Both the position numbers and the translations under genes were made by a program. Positions 40,046 through 52,200 of a DNA stretch of 64,000 nucleotides are shown piece by piece. How positions within the stretch are numbered: the first letter of the stretch is position 1; every line of letters begins with the position of its first letter. This stretch comes from Lama glama (taxonomy: Eukaryota). The notes under the pieces are model-generated. The model did no database searches. It saw only the letters and a list, made by a program, of their open reading frames with translations, and was not told the DNA's origin. The DNA is taken from contig CM052816.1 of NCBI GenBank assembly GCA_028534125.1, positions 94,552,001-94,616,000 of the forward strand, in the 5' to 3' direction.

Positions 40046-41787
40046 GATTTGGAAGTTGCCCATTCATTCACCACTTTTGTTGAGCCCCTGCCAGTGGTCA
40101 AGAGCAGTGCTCAGAGCTGTGGGCATCCAGACACCACTGGTGCCACCCTAGATGTGTGAGTTGAAATAACAGGCTTGAGTCAAGGAGTTGTGAGTGAGGG
40201 GAAGACAAACCTTGGGTTGTGCCAATGAGAGTAGCACTGAAGAAGGGGAAAAATAAGTAGTCAGAGAAATAGGAGGAAAACCCAACCCAACAGCACAGGA
40301 AGCAGGTGGACGCCTGTGTCAGTGCTCCAGAGAGTAACTCCACGGAGGAAGACGGTGAGGAGCTGTTGAGTTTTAATTTGCAGGATAAGGAATTCCCTTC
40401 ATGGAAACCTGCCTGTGGTGCCTTTTTGAGGGATTATGCAGTCAGATGTGGAGACATAAGAGGACTAATATACTTAGAATTGGAGGCATGAATGAAAAAA
40501 CAGATATGGGAGGGGGGCTCAAAACCCGAAAAGCTTTTGTTTTTGTTTTCTGCCTCAGATTTGTGGGGGTTTCCCTTTTGTTTTCTGACTCCACAGCCTG
40601 AGGAGAGGAGACAATATGGCAGGATGGAAACTCTCTCTTCTTACCAAGTCAGTGATGGTGGGAGAGGGTCAGGCAGTTGAAAAACCTGGTTCAAAGAGAA
40701 AGTCAAAAAGATGACGCATGCATCCATTAGGCATTTGTTTAACATAAACTGTGCAAATGTTGAGTCCTTTGCTAACTTTCTGCTGAGGAGCTGGGCCTTT
40801 TCTTGTGTTGCCTCCTGTCCATTGGGTACAAACTTCACCCCTCATGCAGCCCTGCCCCTTCCAGGTCCTAGTGTCTTCAAAAAGGAGGGCACTTAGAGTT
40901 ACTTGTGAAGTAGTTGGAATACAGAGATCTTCTTGACTAATGTTTTAAGTTGTATTTTATGATTCTTTTCATTTTTTGCCTTTTTTTCTCATCAGTTTTT
41001 CAGTAACTTGGGATAATGCCTTCCCAGAGCATTCCACCTAGTTTTCTTAGACACATCAACTCTCTTTTATAGAAATATTTCACCAGTTTATACTATGACT
41101 CAAGCCTCCCCAGCCTCCAGGCAGAAGCCGGCTGGAGTGGCCCATGGCAGCAGAGCGGGGAGCCACAGGAGAGAAAATTGCCCTTTGGACCATGGGGTGA
41201 TGAGGGGACCAGATGTGGACCCTGGGACAGGAGCCTTGCTGGGTCACTGGGGAAAGAACCCCACTCTGGAAGCTTACCAGGAGCGGGAACCTTTAGCAAA
41301 GAAGGCTACAAGGACACTGTCAGGTGTAGCACTGGGCTTGGGGTGGATGTTAGTGGAAGAACAGTGGAGAGGTATTGCCCACGTTCCAGGCAGTGACCTT
41401 TAGATGTCCCCTCCTGAACCTCTTTTCCACAGGGGGAAGGAGTCAGCTCCCAGCGGATGTCCACACCACCGAGCATCACAGCTGGTCCATGAACTTTCTC
41501 CTCAAGTCGGACTCTCCCATCCTCAGTGCTCGCCCCACCCGTGTCGACTCTTGAACGAGTGGGAAGCCCCAGCCAGCAAGCTCGGGTGTGAAGCCAGAGA
41601 AGTTCAAGATCAGGGACTCAGGGAGGGCTCAGACACATCTGCGCTTTACTACTGGAGGCTTCCCAACTGAAGCAGGCTCAAAGCGGGAAGGCTCTTGATG
41701 AACCTTTATATGTACTTTGGAATTTTGACTCTTACAAGAAACCGGACAGTTTAATTACTGAAATTATCTTGCTTTTATGACACACAG

Positions 41788-42338
41788 TGTTGCAGGAGGA
41801 GGGAATACCATGTCCCAGGCGGGTGTGCGTGAGCCCCTGGAATGGACCACCGAGTGAGCATCCTTGGCTTCATGTAGGGAAGAACTCGAGACCGAGCAAA
41901 AGTAAAACGAAAGTAGTTTTATTGAGAGAGATACCCGTCCCATAGCCAAAACGCAGATCATGTCGGAAAGTGAGAGCAGCCGCGGGGGGTGTGGAGGGGG
42001 TATGGTGTTTATGGGCTGGGTCATTTCTTGTGCTAACAAGTGGGAGGGTTATTCCAACCATTTTGGGGAAGGGGCGGGGATTCCCAGGAATTGGGCTGCC
42101 GCTCACTTTCTGGCCTTTAATGGTCAGCCTTGGACCTCTCAGAGCACCTGTGGGTGTGCCATTTAGCATGCTGATGTATTACAATGAGCGTGTAATGAGG
42201 CTCAAGGTTACAGAAAGTCAGATCTTCCACCATCTTGGTCCTAGTTGGTTCTGATCAGTCTTTGTTCTATCCTGTTTTTCCTCAATGACCATGTCATTTT
42301 TTCCATGGTTATGCCCTGCCCCCTTCCTTCCTGTCTCA
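41788..42338 (-). mobile_element. ERV1-class solo LTR (subfamily uncertain)
   Basis: TG...CA termini (tgttgc...gtctca), 4-bp TSD acag/atag, minus-strand AATAAA at 41918-41923, about 550 bp long. Confidence 0.85.
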
Positions 42339-43859
42339 ATAGGACTTCTAAAATTATCATCTGAATAATCAACATAAGGATAAGAAAAAGGATAGACCTA
42401 GGAATGAGAATGAGTAGGAAGAGGAGGAGGAGGAGGAGATGACAGGGACCACCCACCTGTGATTTTATCCAAGGAGTGGAAATGGTCCCGCAGAGAGGGT
42501 GGGAGTTGCTGTGGGAGAAGCACATGCTCTGTCTGCATTCTCTGTAGTTAATCCTGTTCACACGTAAAAGTTACGAATGGCGACCAAACATTTACCTTCC
42601 AGGGAATGTCAGGTGTAAATGTAATGATTCTCTTGTACTCTCATTCATACCTTTTGTGCTTTGATAACTATCTTTCAGGATGAAATAATAGTAAAGGCAT
42701 TTAAATGGAAATACTGATTTGATGTAATTCAGGCAGAATTTTTTCTCTGTGAGTGATTTCCACATTGTGTTACTCTCTCAATGGCTCCCACTCCCAGGAT
42801 CAGAGTTTGGAAAAGGAGGTAGAGAAGAACGTACTTAGGTTCTATTCATGATAGCATCCATACTTGTTCCATAAGTAATTGTCACAAGACATGGACAGGC
42901 ATTGTGGAGGTACAAGCACCTATAAAGTCAGTTTACGGAAAGAAAAATAATGCCGAAACTGTTTGCAAAATATGTTGAGATCTTCAACTCTCTCTTGCTT
43001 GTCTGGAGTTTGGGAGAAAGCTTTTTGTGTCTTGGCTCTCATGACTAAAGCTGTCTTTGTGTGAGGTTAATAAACCAGCTGGGATCTGTTGCTTTTGAAT
43101 ACGAACAACATCGTCAGGTACTTCCTGGTGCCATTTGAATTTCTAACAAAGATGCATAAATTATTTGTTTATTTTTGGAATCATATTACCACGTGGTTGA
43201 CAGCTTTTAAATTCACCCAAAAGCAAAGCCAGAAAACAGAAATTTAGAGTAATAATATAAAAATCTTAAAGAAGTCACCTATGACAGTTTGGGGTCACTT
43301 CGGCAATTGATCTCTCAATTGAAGGCAGTATTCCCCAGGGAAATGTAACAGCCCAGATGTAAAGAGCTGAGAGCCACAGCGTGTTTTTGTCAAGTAGTAT
43401 AAGGCAAGAAACTAAGACTGACAGCTCTCATGAAGCATGAAAACCTCCCCTTACCTTGTGCGGGTACTCACAGTCTAGGAGAGGTGATAAGGTGGTGAGC
43501 TGTGCTCTCCCTGCGTGGCACGTGAATTTGCAGGCTGCCTTTGTGTGACTGCTGCAGGGACAGACGGCTGTCCGAAAATGCTGAGGGCCCAGATGCAAGC
43601 TGACCCCTCTGAAGTCATAAATACTCCCCCACTGCAATCTTTAGGCTTGTTTCTGTGGCTATATACCATTTCATTCAATGATACTGTTTCTAATGTGAAT
43701 ATAATAATCTAGATGACAATTAAATTTTCATACGCTTAACTACCAACATTACTGAAGCTTTTATTAGGGCTCATGTTTGATGTTAAAATACAGATCAGGC
43801 ACTTCTGCCCTCGATTTGTTGAATTTCCTTTGTGTGAGAAGCATGCTGCCTCAATTTCT

Positions 43860-44134
43860 TTTTTTTTTTTTTGTTCAGCAGTTTTGTAAGGCAGAATTGT
43901 TACAATTTGACTGCACATATACAATATATTGCCTGTAAATACATACACACAATATACTGCACGCATTTTTTAATTTGCGTCTGTGTACTGCTCATTGTTT
44001 CCAAGAACATTTAGGGTTTTGGCTTTTTAAACTTACATAGTTATCAAAGGAATAAAGCCAACCACAAAAGAAGAATTAACTCAAAAAAGATACATACACC
44101 TGATATTAACAGCAACATTTTTTATAATTGCCAA
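43860..44134 (-). mobile_element. Retrotransposed insertion: poly(A) tail, about 200 bp of unassigned sequence and an inverted L1 fragment
   Basis: Perfect 18-bp TSD catgctgcctcaatttct (43842-43859 and 44135-44152), poly-T at 43860-43872, L1-like segment at about 44074-44134. Confidence 0.85.
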
Positions 44135-46489
44135 CATGCTGCCTCAATTTCTGACGGTGAAATTTCTGTCAATATTTCAAGGCCTCCTCTTTCATGATTT
44201 TTAAAATATGCTCCTTTGGGACTGAGAGCTTCCTTCTTTGTCCCTCCACGAAGACAAGACACAGTGGCAGAGAACACAGTGGAAAGGTTCCAGGGGTTGA
44301 TGAGGGTGGAAGATGGACTTAGACTAAAAGATGTGCAAAGCCTCCTGAGGATGATGGTCTGGGAGCTGATGGGGACCCGGGTTCCTGGGCTTCCCGTGGT
44401 GACTGGTGTGAACAGGGATGGAAGCACACAGAGGTTACCCCACATGGTCATGAAGGTGGATGGTGGTAGTGAGGCTGGGAGTGCTGGCCTGGAGGATGTG
44501 GGAGGCAAGGATGGAGTATTTTTTTTTTGAAGAGTCTCATTGTACATACATATGATTTATTTGTATCTCATCCGTGTTTGGTTTATAAGTCATCCACAGC
44601 CACGAATGGTCTGTACCGCTTCATGCAGTAGCTGAGTAGCTAGTCCAGCCACTGTTCAGGTCCCACAGCCAGCACAGCTGTTACTACATCCCTTGACCAG
44701 TCTTCTATCCCCTAGTTCAAAGCAGCCGTCCGCCAGCGCTACTGGTTTATTATGGCTTGTGTAAGACTCGGCTTCCCCCGCAAGACTCCTTGAGTTCACT
44801 TTCTTTGAAGAAAGGTGTCAGTTTGTTCCGCCCTGGCTGGCTAGCACCTAAAGGACTGCCCAGCACATGGCAGTTGTGTAACGAGTATTTGTTGAATTAT
44901 GGAACCCATGAGTGTAACGGTGACTTTCAAATTGGGTTCTAAGGCTCTGTCTGTGTTCAGAGACAGGGCTTCCGTGGTTTCTGCTTTTGCTGTTCTTGAA
45001 TGGTCCTTGGTCAGGTGAGAGGCCTGGCAGTCACTCTTTACTGGCAAGGAGTGGGGGCTCTTGCCAGAAGCACAGATGGGAAAGCTCGTTCTCCTTCTGG
45101 GGCAGCAGGGGGTCTTCTCAGGGAAGAGTCCATCACGGAGGACCCTGCCTTGTACAGGAAGCTCTGGGGCTTCTCCCCGGTTCCCAGGAATGGGTTGAAG
45201 AGGGCTTCAAAGAAGTCAGTCTATTGAGGACAAGAACTATGATTTTTGTTTTATTCTTTCCTGTCACATTGGCTGAGCATGTAACCATGGTGTTTTAACA
45301 AGTTGTCTAATGAAAGAATGAATGATCGGGTAAACTTGTTTCCTTCAGTGGCTCTGCTGGAGTAGCCTCTGCTTTTCAGGAGTTTCGAAATATGCTTGGG
45401 GTGTGCAAAAAAGGTGAACAACAAGAAAATTCAGTGGAAGAGATATTAGAAGGCAGTGGTTGATTAATTGCAAATTAAGAGGTGCTGAAGGCTGACCTGC
45501 TTGTGTTCTGCTAGATGCCATCCTCACATCAGGGCTCATTAGGTTTTGTTTATGTAAGTTATAATAATAACCCTTAGTTTTCTCTGAGTAGCAGATTTTA
45601 AGTCTACCTGGGAGAGTACCAAAAAAAAAATCAATTCTGTTTATGTTCTTCAGATAAGAACATAGTCTACTTTGAGATGCGTTTCACACCACATACTTCA
45701 CCACCTGGTGTTCAATGTTTATGTTAGAATATGCAGCTCTTGGAGGAGTAAGCCAGGTGATATTTGCAGTGACTGGTGACAAGTATGTGGAGTTTTCATT
45801 TTTCCTGCAACGGTAAGATATGAACTGACTTAGGATACTTTTTTGCCTACCTAAGTTTATTGAGTATTCAGACGTTTCAGGGTATTTTTTAAATTGTTTA
45901 TTTGGTTTGAGCATCAGTTTTTGATACCAGATAAGCACAGAACTCCCTAGAAGTTGACACCCTAACGAAGAATGGGAAGGGGTATTTTTATTCCATTGTC
46001 AGTACAGAGAATATCTTGGTTTATGTATGATGCGTTGTTTTCCTCAATCCAGAAACTGATGATTTATTTTAATAACTGATGTATAGTTATTGGGACTGAT
46101 CAATGAGTTTTATTTCAATTTAGCTTCAACCAACATTTAAGATCTGGCCATTTGTTGGGAACTGTACCAGACACTTCCATGCGTATTGTCTCAGTGCGAG
46201 ATTTGGAATACACTTGATTACAACCTCCCTGCTCTTCAGACAGAATCCATGCAGGAAAAAGAGAGCTGCTTTATCAGGAAAGGTCTGTTTCTTAGAAGAG
46301 TAATGACTCAGAGAAATAATGAAAGCACTTATATTAGAAAAGAGAGGAGGGAAGTTCAGATTGAAAGATGAAAACACGTCTTCCATAATTCCGACTCTCC
46401 ACAGACTAACAGGATTCTCATAGACTATTGCTCCCTTTGAGGTTAAACAGAATAAAGCAAAAAATAAAGATCACCTCTTTCTAATTTTA

Positions 46490-46990
46490 GGGCATCCACT
46501 GCAGGATGATAGAACAAATTCAGTGGGAGTATAAGGGAGTTAGTGGCCAAATCCAGAATGTGGGAGATTCTTCAAGAAAAAAAAATTCTTTTTTAAAAGA
46601 AATCAATAAAAAGAGAACTCAGAAAGGGGCTATTAAAATACAAGACATTTAAGAGATAGAACAAGCAAATTAAATATGCAAATATTTTGGATCCTGATTT
46701 GAACAAACCAACTGTTTAAAAAATCTTCAGGATGAGAAATTTTAATATGAATTTGGAATCAGATGATAAGAGAGGTTGCTGTTGGATCTGGGAATTTCTA
46801 CGAATCAGGGTAATGGTATATCCTTACTGTCTGGACACGCGCATTACAGATTTCATGGATGAAACAGTAAGATGCCATGGGTTTGTTTTAAAACGCTTCA
46901 GCTGAAAAAGTGAAGGAGGGGGAACAGATGAAACAGGGTGACCAGATGTTGACAGTTTTTGAAAGGTGGGTGATGGCTACACCACAGCAT
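46490..46990 (+). mobile_element. Old L1 (L1MC/ME-like) 3' fragment
   Basis: aaatccagaatgtgggagattc...ttggatcctgatttgaacaaaccaactgt. Confidence 0.65.
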
Positions 46991-48229
46991 AATCCTTTCC
47001 TCTCCAAATGCTTCCGAAAGTTGCAAGTAGATGAGAAGCAAGTTGGTGAACAGTAGTCCTGCAGTGATCCAACCTCTCTCCAGGCTTTGGTCCGTCACTG
47101 CAGGGCAGCGGAGAGCTAGATGGAGAGGACAGGAAAAATGATTCTCATCTAGAATATAGACAAGGTCAGAGCTCTTATTCTGGAGACCGTGAAGTCACGA
47201 GGTGTCTGTCCATAGATGGGTTTTAGAATAGTCTGAACTCCCTGTAAGTATGTATCACATTTTCATTTGAAATTTTTTCTGGGGAGGCATTTCATTGGTT
47301 TCACTAGATCCTCAAAGGATGACCCACAAAATTTGCACTAGGTTAGAGGAGTTCTGAAGCCTATTTCAACTCTAATGTTCTGCAAACCCATGTATCTGAG
47401 AACAAGAAATTTAACTGTCCTGTTTGAAGAACTCCCAGCACAGTGGAAAGGACTCCAGATTTCATGAATTCTGTATTTTAATGTATTTACCTTCTTAGGA
47501 TATGAGAATGTTTAAGAGCCATCAGATAATTAAAAAAAATCACATCTAGAACTTAGACTGGTGCAGCAATTAATGCAATGACCAAATATATCAATGCAGT
47601 TTTCTCTCTTTTAGGTGCCTTTCAATGTCCTCCTGGAGTCTATGCAGTAAAAGTTCACGGTTAAAAGATTTGCTTCAAAAAACCCTTAAGAGGCGGGAAG
47701 CATTATAGCAACATAAAAATCCCCCAACTATACTCAAGGGAGCAGTGTAATAGCTTTAAGTGCAAGCATCTTATTGGCTGTAAAGACACATGCTAGAAAA
47801 GACGGAGATTTCCCTAAGCTGGAAACTGAGATCATGTATGTGCAGCTGCTCAATGCGGTCCTCCTTTGCCGTTGCATTTCACTGATATCCTTCCTTTCTT
47901 GAGTGAAAAAAAAATTGCTGAAAATCTGAAATATTCTATACAGTGGGTTTATAATGAAGCCCAGAGCAGAGCTGGTAGTAGCAGGCGGGTTTAACTCAAA
48001 GTCATGGCCTCACCAGCCATCATTTAGCGGTAGAGTCAAGAATGATGGCTCACATCTGCTTAGCCTCCTAGACATCATTTCTCTGTTGCTTCTTCTATAG
48101 TCAAGTCTGGTGCCTAGCAAATCTGTGTGTGTGCGTGTGTGTGTGTTTCTGTGTGTTTGCAAGTGCAAGTGTGCCTGTATGTTTGGGGGAGTGATGAGAG
48201 CAATTTTTAATGTTAAGGCTCTTTTTAAT

Positions 48230-48590
48230 GTTTTCTATTGCTGCCACAAAACTGCATAATGAACCACCCCAGAGCCCAGTGTCCGATAATGCCAAGCATT
48301 TATTTGCACACTTACTGTTGTGCACGTAGCTCGTGAAGTAGGGTGTGTGCAGTTTGCTGGCAGATCAGAGTGGTGTGTGGTCATTCTGGGCCCAGGATGA
48401 AGGGGCGTGACCTTCTCTCATGGGATCCCCCCTCCCTCTGATGCTCACATCCCATACCGTTTGGTTCCATCCCATCAACTGAATCGAGTCCCTCAGCCTC
48501 GCTCGAAGTCAGCGGGGCGCGAAGCCTGCTCCACTGCAGGAGGGTGGGAGGGCCTCCGATTTGCTGGAAGATAATCTAATTTATCATCAA
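48230..48590 (-). mobile_element. Degraded MaLR (MLT1-like) LTR
   Basis: ttctattgctgcc...aaccacccc...catttatttgc...ctgctcacatccc-type motifs. Confidence 0.5.
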
Positions 48591-48729
48591 ACCATTTTCT
48601 TATAATATTATACAAGTGTGTCATTCATTTTTCTTGCTCGATTTATGGGTGGTTTCAGATATAAAAGTAGATTTATGGGTAATTCACACATACAAATCAA
48701 TGTCTAAAATACACCACCCATAGATCTAG

Positions 48730-49220
48730 CATGGGTCACCTATCTTACTTCCTAATAAAAATTTCTTCTGCCCTTTCAAGATACTCCTTCGCTTACCCCT
48801 GCCTGCTTTTACAGACTTTCCCCTTGCCATTCCTCCCCCACTCTCTGCCTCTAGCAGATCTTCCCATCTTCTAAAATGCACCAAGTTCTTTTGTGCCTCA
48901 CGGCCTTTGTACACACCGTACCCTCTACGCTACCCATAGTTCCCCGTCTCCTGGGCATCTACTTATCCTTCCTGTCTCAGCTTAAATGTTACTCCCACAG
49001 TGGCCTTCACTGACCACCTACTCTAACACAGCCCTCCTTAAGCTCGGGGCACCCAATCACTTCCTTCATATCCCATCATAATTTTTATCTACATAGTTCT
49101 TTATGTGATCTGACCTTTCACATTAGATAAAAAGTGTCATTGAAGCAGAAGTGACATCTTTGTTCTCCTTTGCATTGGAAGTACTCAGCCTGTGACTGAA
49201 AAAAGCTAGTTTTCTAATGA
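48730..49220 (+). mobile_element. L2 3' fragment
   Basis: gcctcacggcctttgtacac...tctcagcttaaatgttactcc...cttcactgaccacc. Confidence 0.65.
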
Positions 49221-52200
49221 GTGAGCGAAAAGAATTCAAACCTGGAGGGGGACGTCCCTCTTTTCAAAGGTACTGGGTTCACAAGTTTAGAGACATAGGC
49301 AGACAAGCACAAGTGAGCCCCAGCTCTCCGTCCTTCCCCCTTGGCTCCTCCGGGTATGTGTTTACCACGTCTGTGCTCCCTCACTCTGACCGCGTTGGAG
49401 GAGTGGATGCGAAGGATTGGGCGCAGTGCTCGAGGGGTGCAGCTCAGGCGTCCAGCACAGGGCGGCGGTCTGTCCTCTCCCCTGCCCGCTCTCCAGCCCT
49501 GGCCAGCATCCTAGAGCCCGTGTCACTCCTTCTGCTTAGGGCAGTCCAGACAGTGCGCTTAGACAGGGGGACAGTGATGCTGTGGGTGGGGCACGGAGCT
49601 CATGGTCAGGCATGGCACCGTCTCTGCGGGAAAATGAGTTTGGAATTCGGAACAACTGGCTGAGCAGAGGACTCTAGCACCTAAACAGAGGCTTCTGTCT
49701 GTGGTGAGTTCCCTTTACTGACAGTAGTCAGAGAATTCCGTGTCCTCCCAGTCTGCATAGACCTCTCCCACGTGTATCATGCAGATCTGAAGCTCAGCTA
49801 AGTTCCTAACTTAGGGGTTGGGGGTAGGAGACTCTGAAAACCCTGAATGCATTTTCTGATGGAATGCAGCATAGCCAGCGGCTGCTTCCACAGGACAACC
49901 CTATTTTATGCATCACGGGGCGAAAGAACAGCTCTGATGGTTCTGGCCCCATGAAGAAATCCTACAGTAAAACACTGATGACCTGAGTCAGGGCTAGCAT
50001 GAAAACCAAACATACGCTCAGCAGTTCTAACCGGACCTATTTGATAACCGGGCATGGGCAGTACCTGCCGGCTAGGGAAATAAGACTGCTGAACCGGACC
50101 TGGGTGTCGGAAACCTATTCGTTCCTCATGGACCTGAGGTTAACACACACACTTTCACGGTCCCTGCTATTTTTTCATGCCTTACAACAGCAGCAATAGA
50201 TACATAAACTTTAAAAATTAGCCTTGGCAGATTAGTCATGGAGCTGTTGTCATCTCGGAAAGGAGAGACAGACAAGGAGGCATTGTGAGGATGTTTCATA
50301 TAATGCTCTCAATTCGGAATAATCCTGATAACGGGAGTAAGGAGGGCCCATGAAGCAGGATGGGGAGTGAGGAGAGGAGAGGAATTATAATAACGTCATA
50401 GGAAAGGATTTGAGATATTGTTGGCCTCATGGCTCCTCTTGGGGGAGAAGCATTTTGGGGCCATTGGGTTGAGGGGCAGAGGAATAGATGTGTGGAGGAG
50501 GAAGGGCGGAGGAGGAGCTAGGAGTGGGCTCTGTGTGTCTCCGCCCTCTTCAGGCCTCAGTAAGGGAGGCTGAAGTTAGAACTTGAATGAGATTCTATTG
50601 CAGAAGTCACTTTAGGGCTGAGCTTCCTGACTTGGTCTATGTGAGTCAGAAGAGAGGTGGCAGTAGGAACTCAGAGAAGTCCAGAAACCAGGGGTGTAAG
50701 CTCTGCCCGGACTCCTGGCACCTGCAGTAGCCAGTGAGGGGCTGGGACATCCTGGGGCATCCACCCATCACTGTGCCGTGAGAGGATCTGAAGCACTGTG
50801 TTGCAGACCGCAAGGGGCAGTGATGGTCTCAGCTTGCTTCTGGGCTGTACACTGAAGGGCAGTTCAAGGTCAATGATGGTATTGTAAAACTGGACTAAAT
50901 CTCAGTTTCCTTGAGTCCTTTGGAATTAGCCCATGGCTTACGTGGTTGGGTACTGTTCCTTTAGGTTGCAGGTGCGTTTGGAAACCCTTCAGATCTTTGG
51001 CATGCAAAGTCAGTGATTTGAATAATTACTTCAAAGGAATCAAAAAAAGACAGTAAATACCAACAGTGCTATTGAATATTCCTTAAGACAACGGTTCAGT
51101 TTTTAAAGTGAAAGAATGAACGCTCAGTATACCATGATTAATATTTCAACTTGTTAAAATATTTTGATAAATAATAAATATAACCATCAGACTCAAAGAA
51201 GGTTTCTGATTTCAAGTCAGAGTCAGTTAAATGAAGTCATTAAAAAACCATGGGGCCTATTCTTGTAATTATTGATTAGACTCCAGGAGGTAAACTCTTT
51301 CCTTAGGAGTAGGTGCTGCTTCAGCCTGAAAACAAATTAACTCCTGAAGAATGAAAGAAATTGTGAAGCACTTGTAAAAAAAGAGAGATTTGATCCCTAC
51401 TCTATTTGGAGAGTGGGATTAGTAAAAAAGATCTACACAAGTATGAGAACTAACCACTGACGAAATGAGACGTGGAGTCTCGATGGAATGCTAGCGCAGA
51501 AAGCATTAAGTGATCTTTCCTGGTCTTTCCTTCAGTAGAATAAAAATTCCTTTTTATCGCCTCAATGGGTATGATGGCACAGCATTAATATGTCTGACCT
51601 CAATAAAACAAGGAGCATTTCTCCATTTCTAAAGTGGATCTTTTCTACTGCTGTATTAACATTTGGAGACATGACTTCCTATCAATGAGTCTTTCTGAAA
51701 CTTTCCAAAATAATTGGAGCCATTCTAAATAAGAAATGGAAACGGCCACCATGGAATTGCTTATGATTCTGAAACGTTTGCCATCATTTCAGTGAGACTT
51801 TTTCTGACTTCGCAAGCTTTCAGGAGTGAGTGTCAGCTTCATGGAAGTGCAACCAAAAGGTGGCAGCATCTCTTTGAAAATTCTTTGTATTTGTTTCATA
51901 TCCACGTTTCTTTTGAAAATACCACTCCCACATGATTGAGACGAGGTAGAATAGGCATTTACAGATCAGAAAGCTCCCTTCTTTTGCAAATGAGATGAAT
52001 GCACTCATAGCTGTTGGTAAAATGGATTTTCAGAAATGTTCGCTTCTAATGAAGACTTGTCCTTTTCTTTAGCCAGATGGTCCATGATGTTTGGTGACGT
52101 AGCAACAAACCCACATCTTCTTCAGAGTCAGAAAATATTCATGGAGTCACCTAATCATTAACAATGACTATTGATTACCAGCTGGAAGGTTTGGCATCTT

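Noticed and set aside
44122..44547. 141-aa Pro/Ser/Thr-rich minus-strand ORF
   Set aside because: Composition reflects a G-rich opposite strand, it ends in the retro-insertion junction, and I see no homology.
50230..50950. Purine-rich stretch that might be an ancient LTR
   Set aside because: I could not identify termini, a TSD or a family with any confidence.
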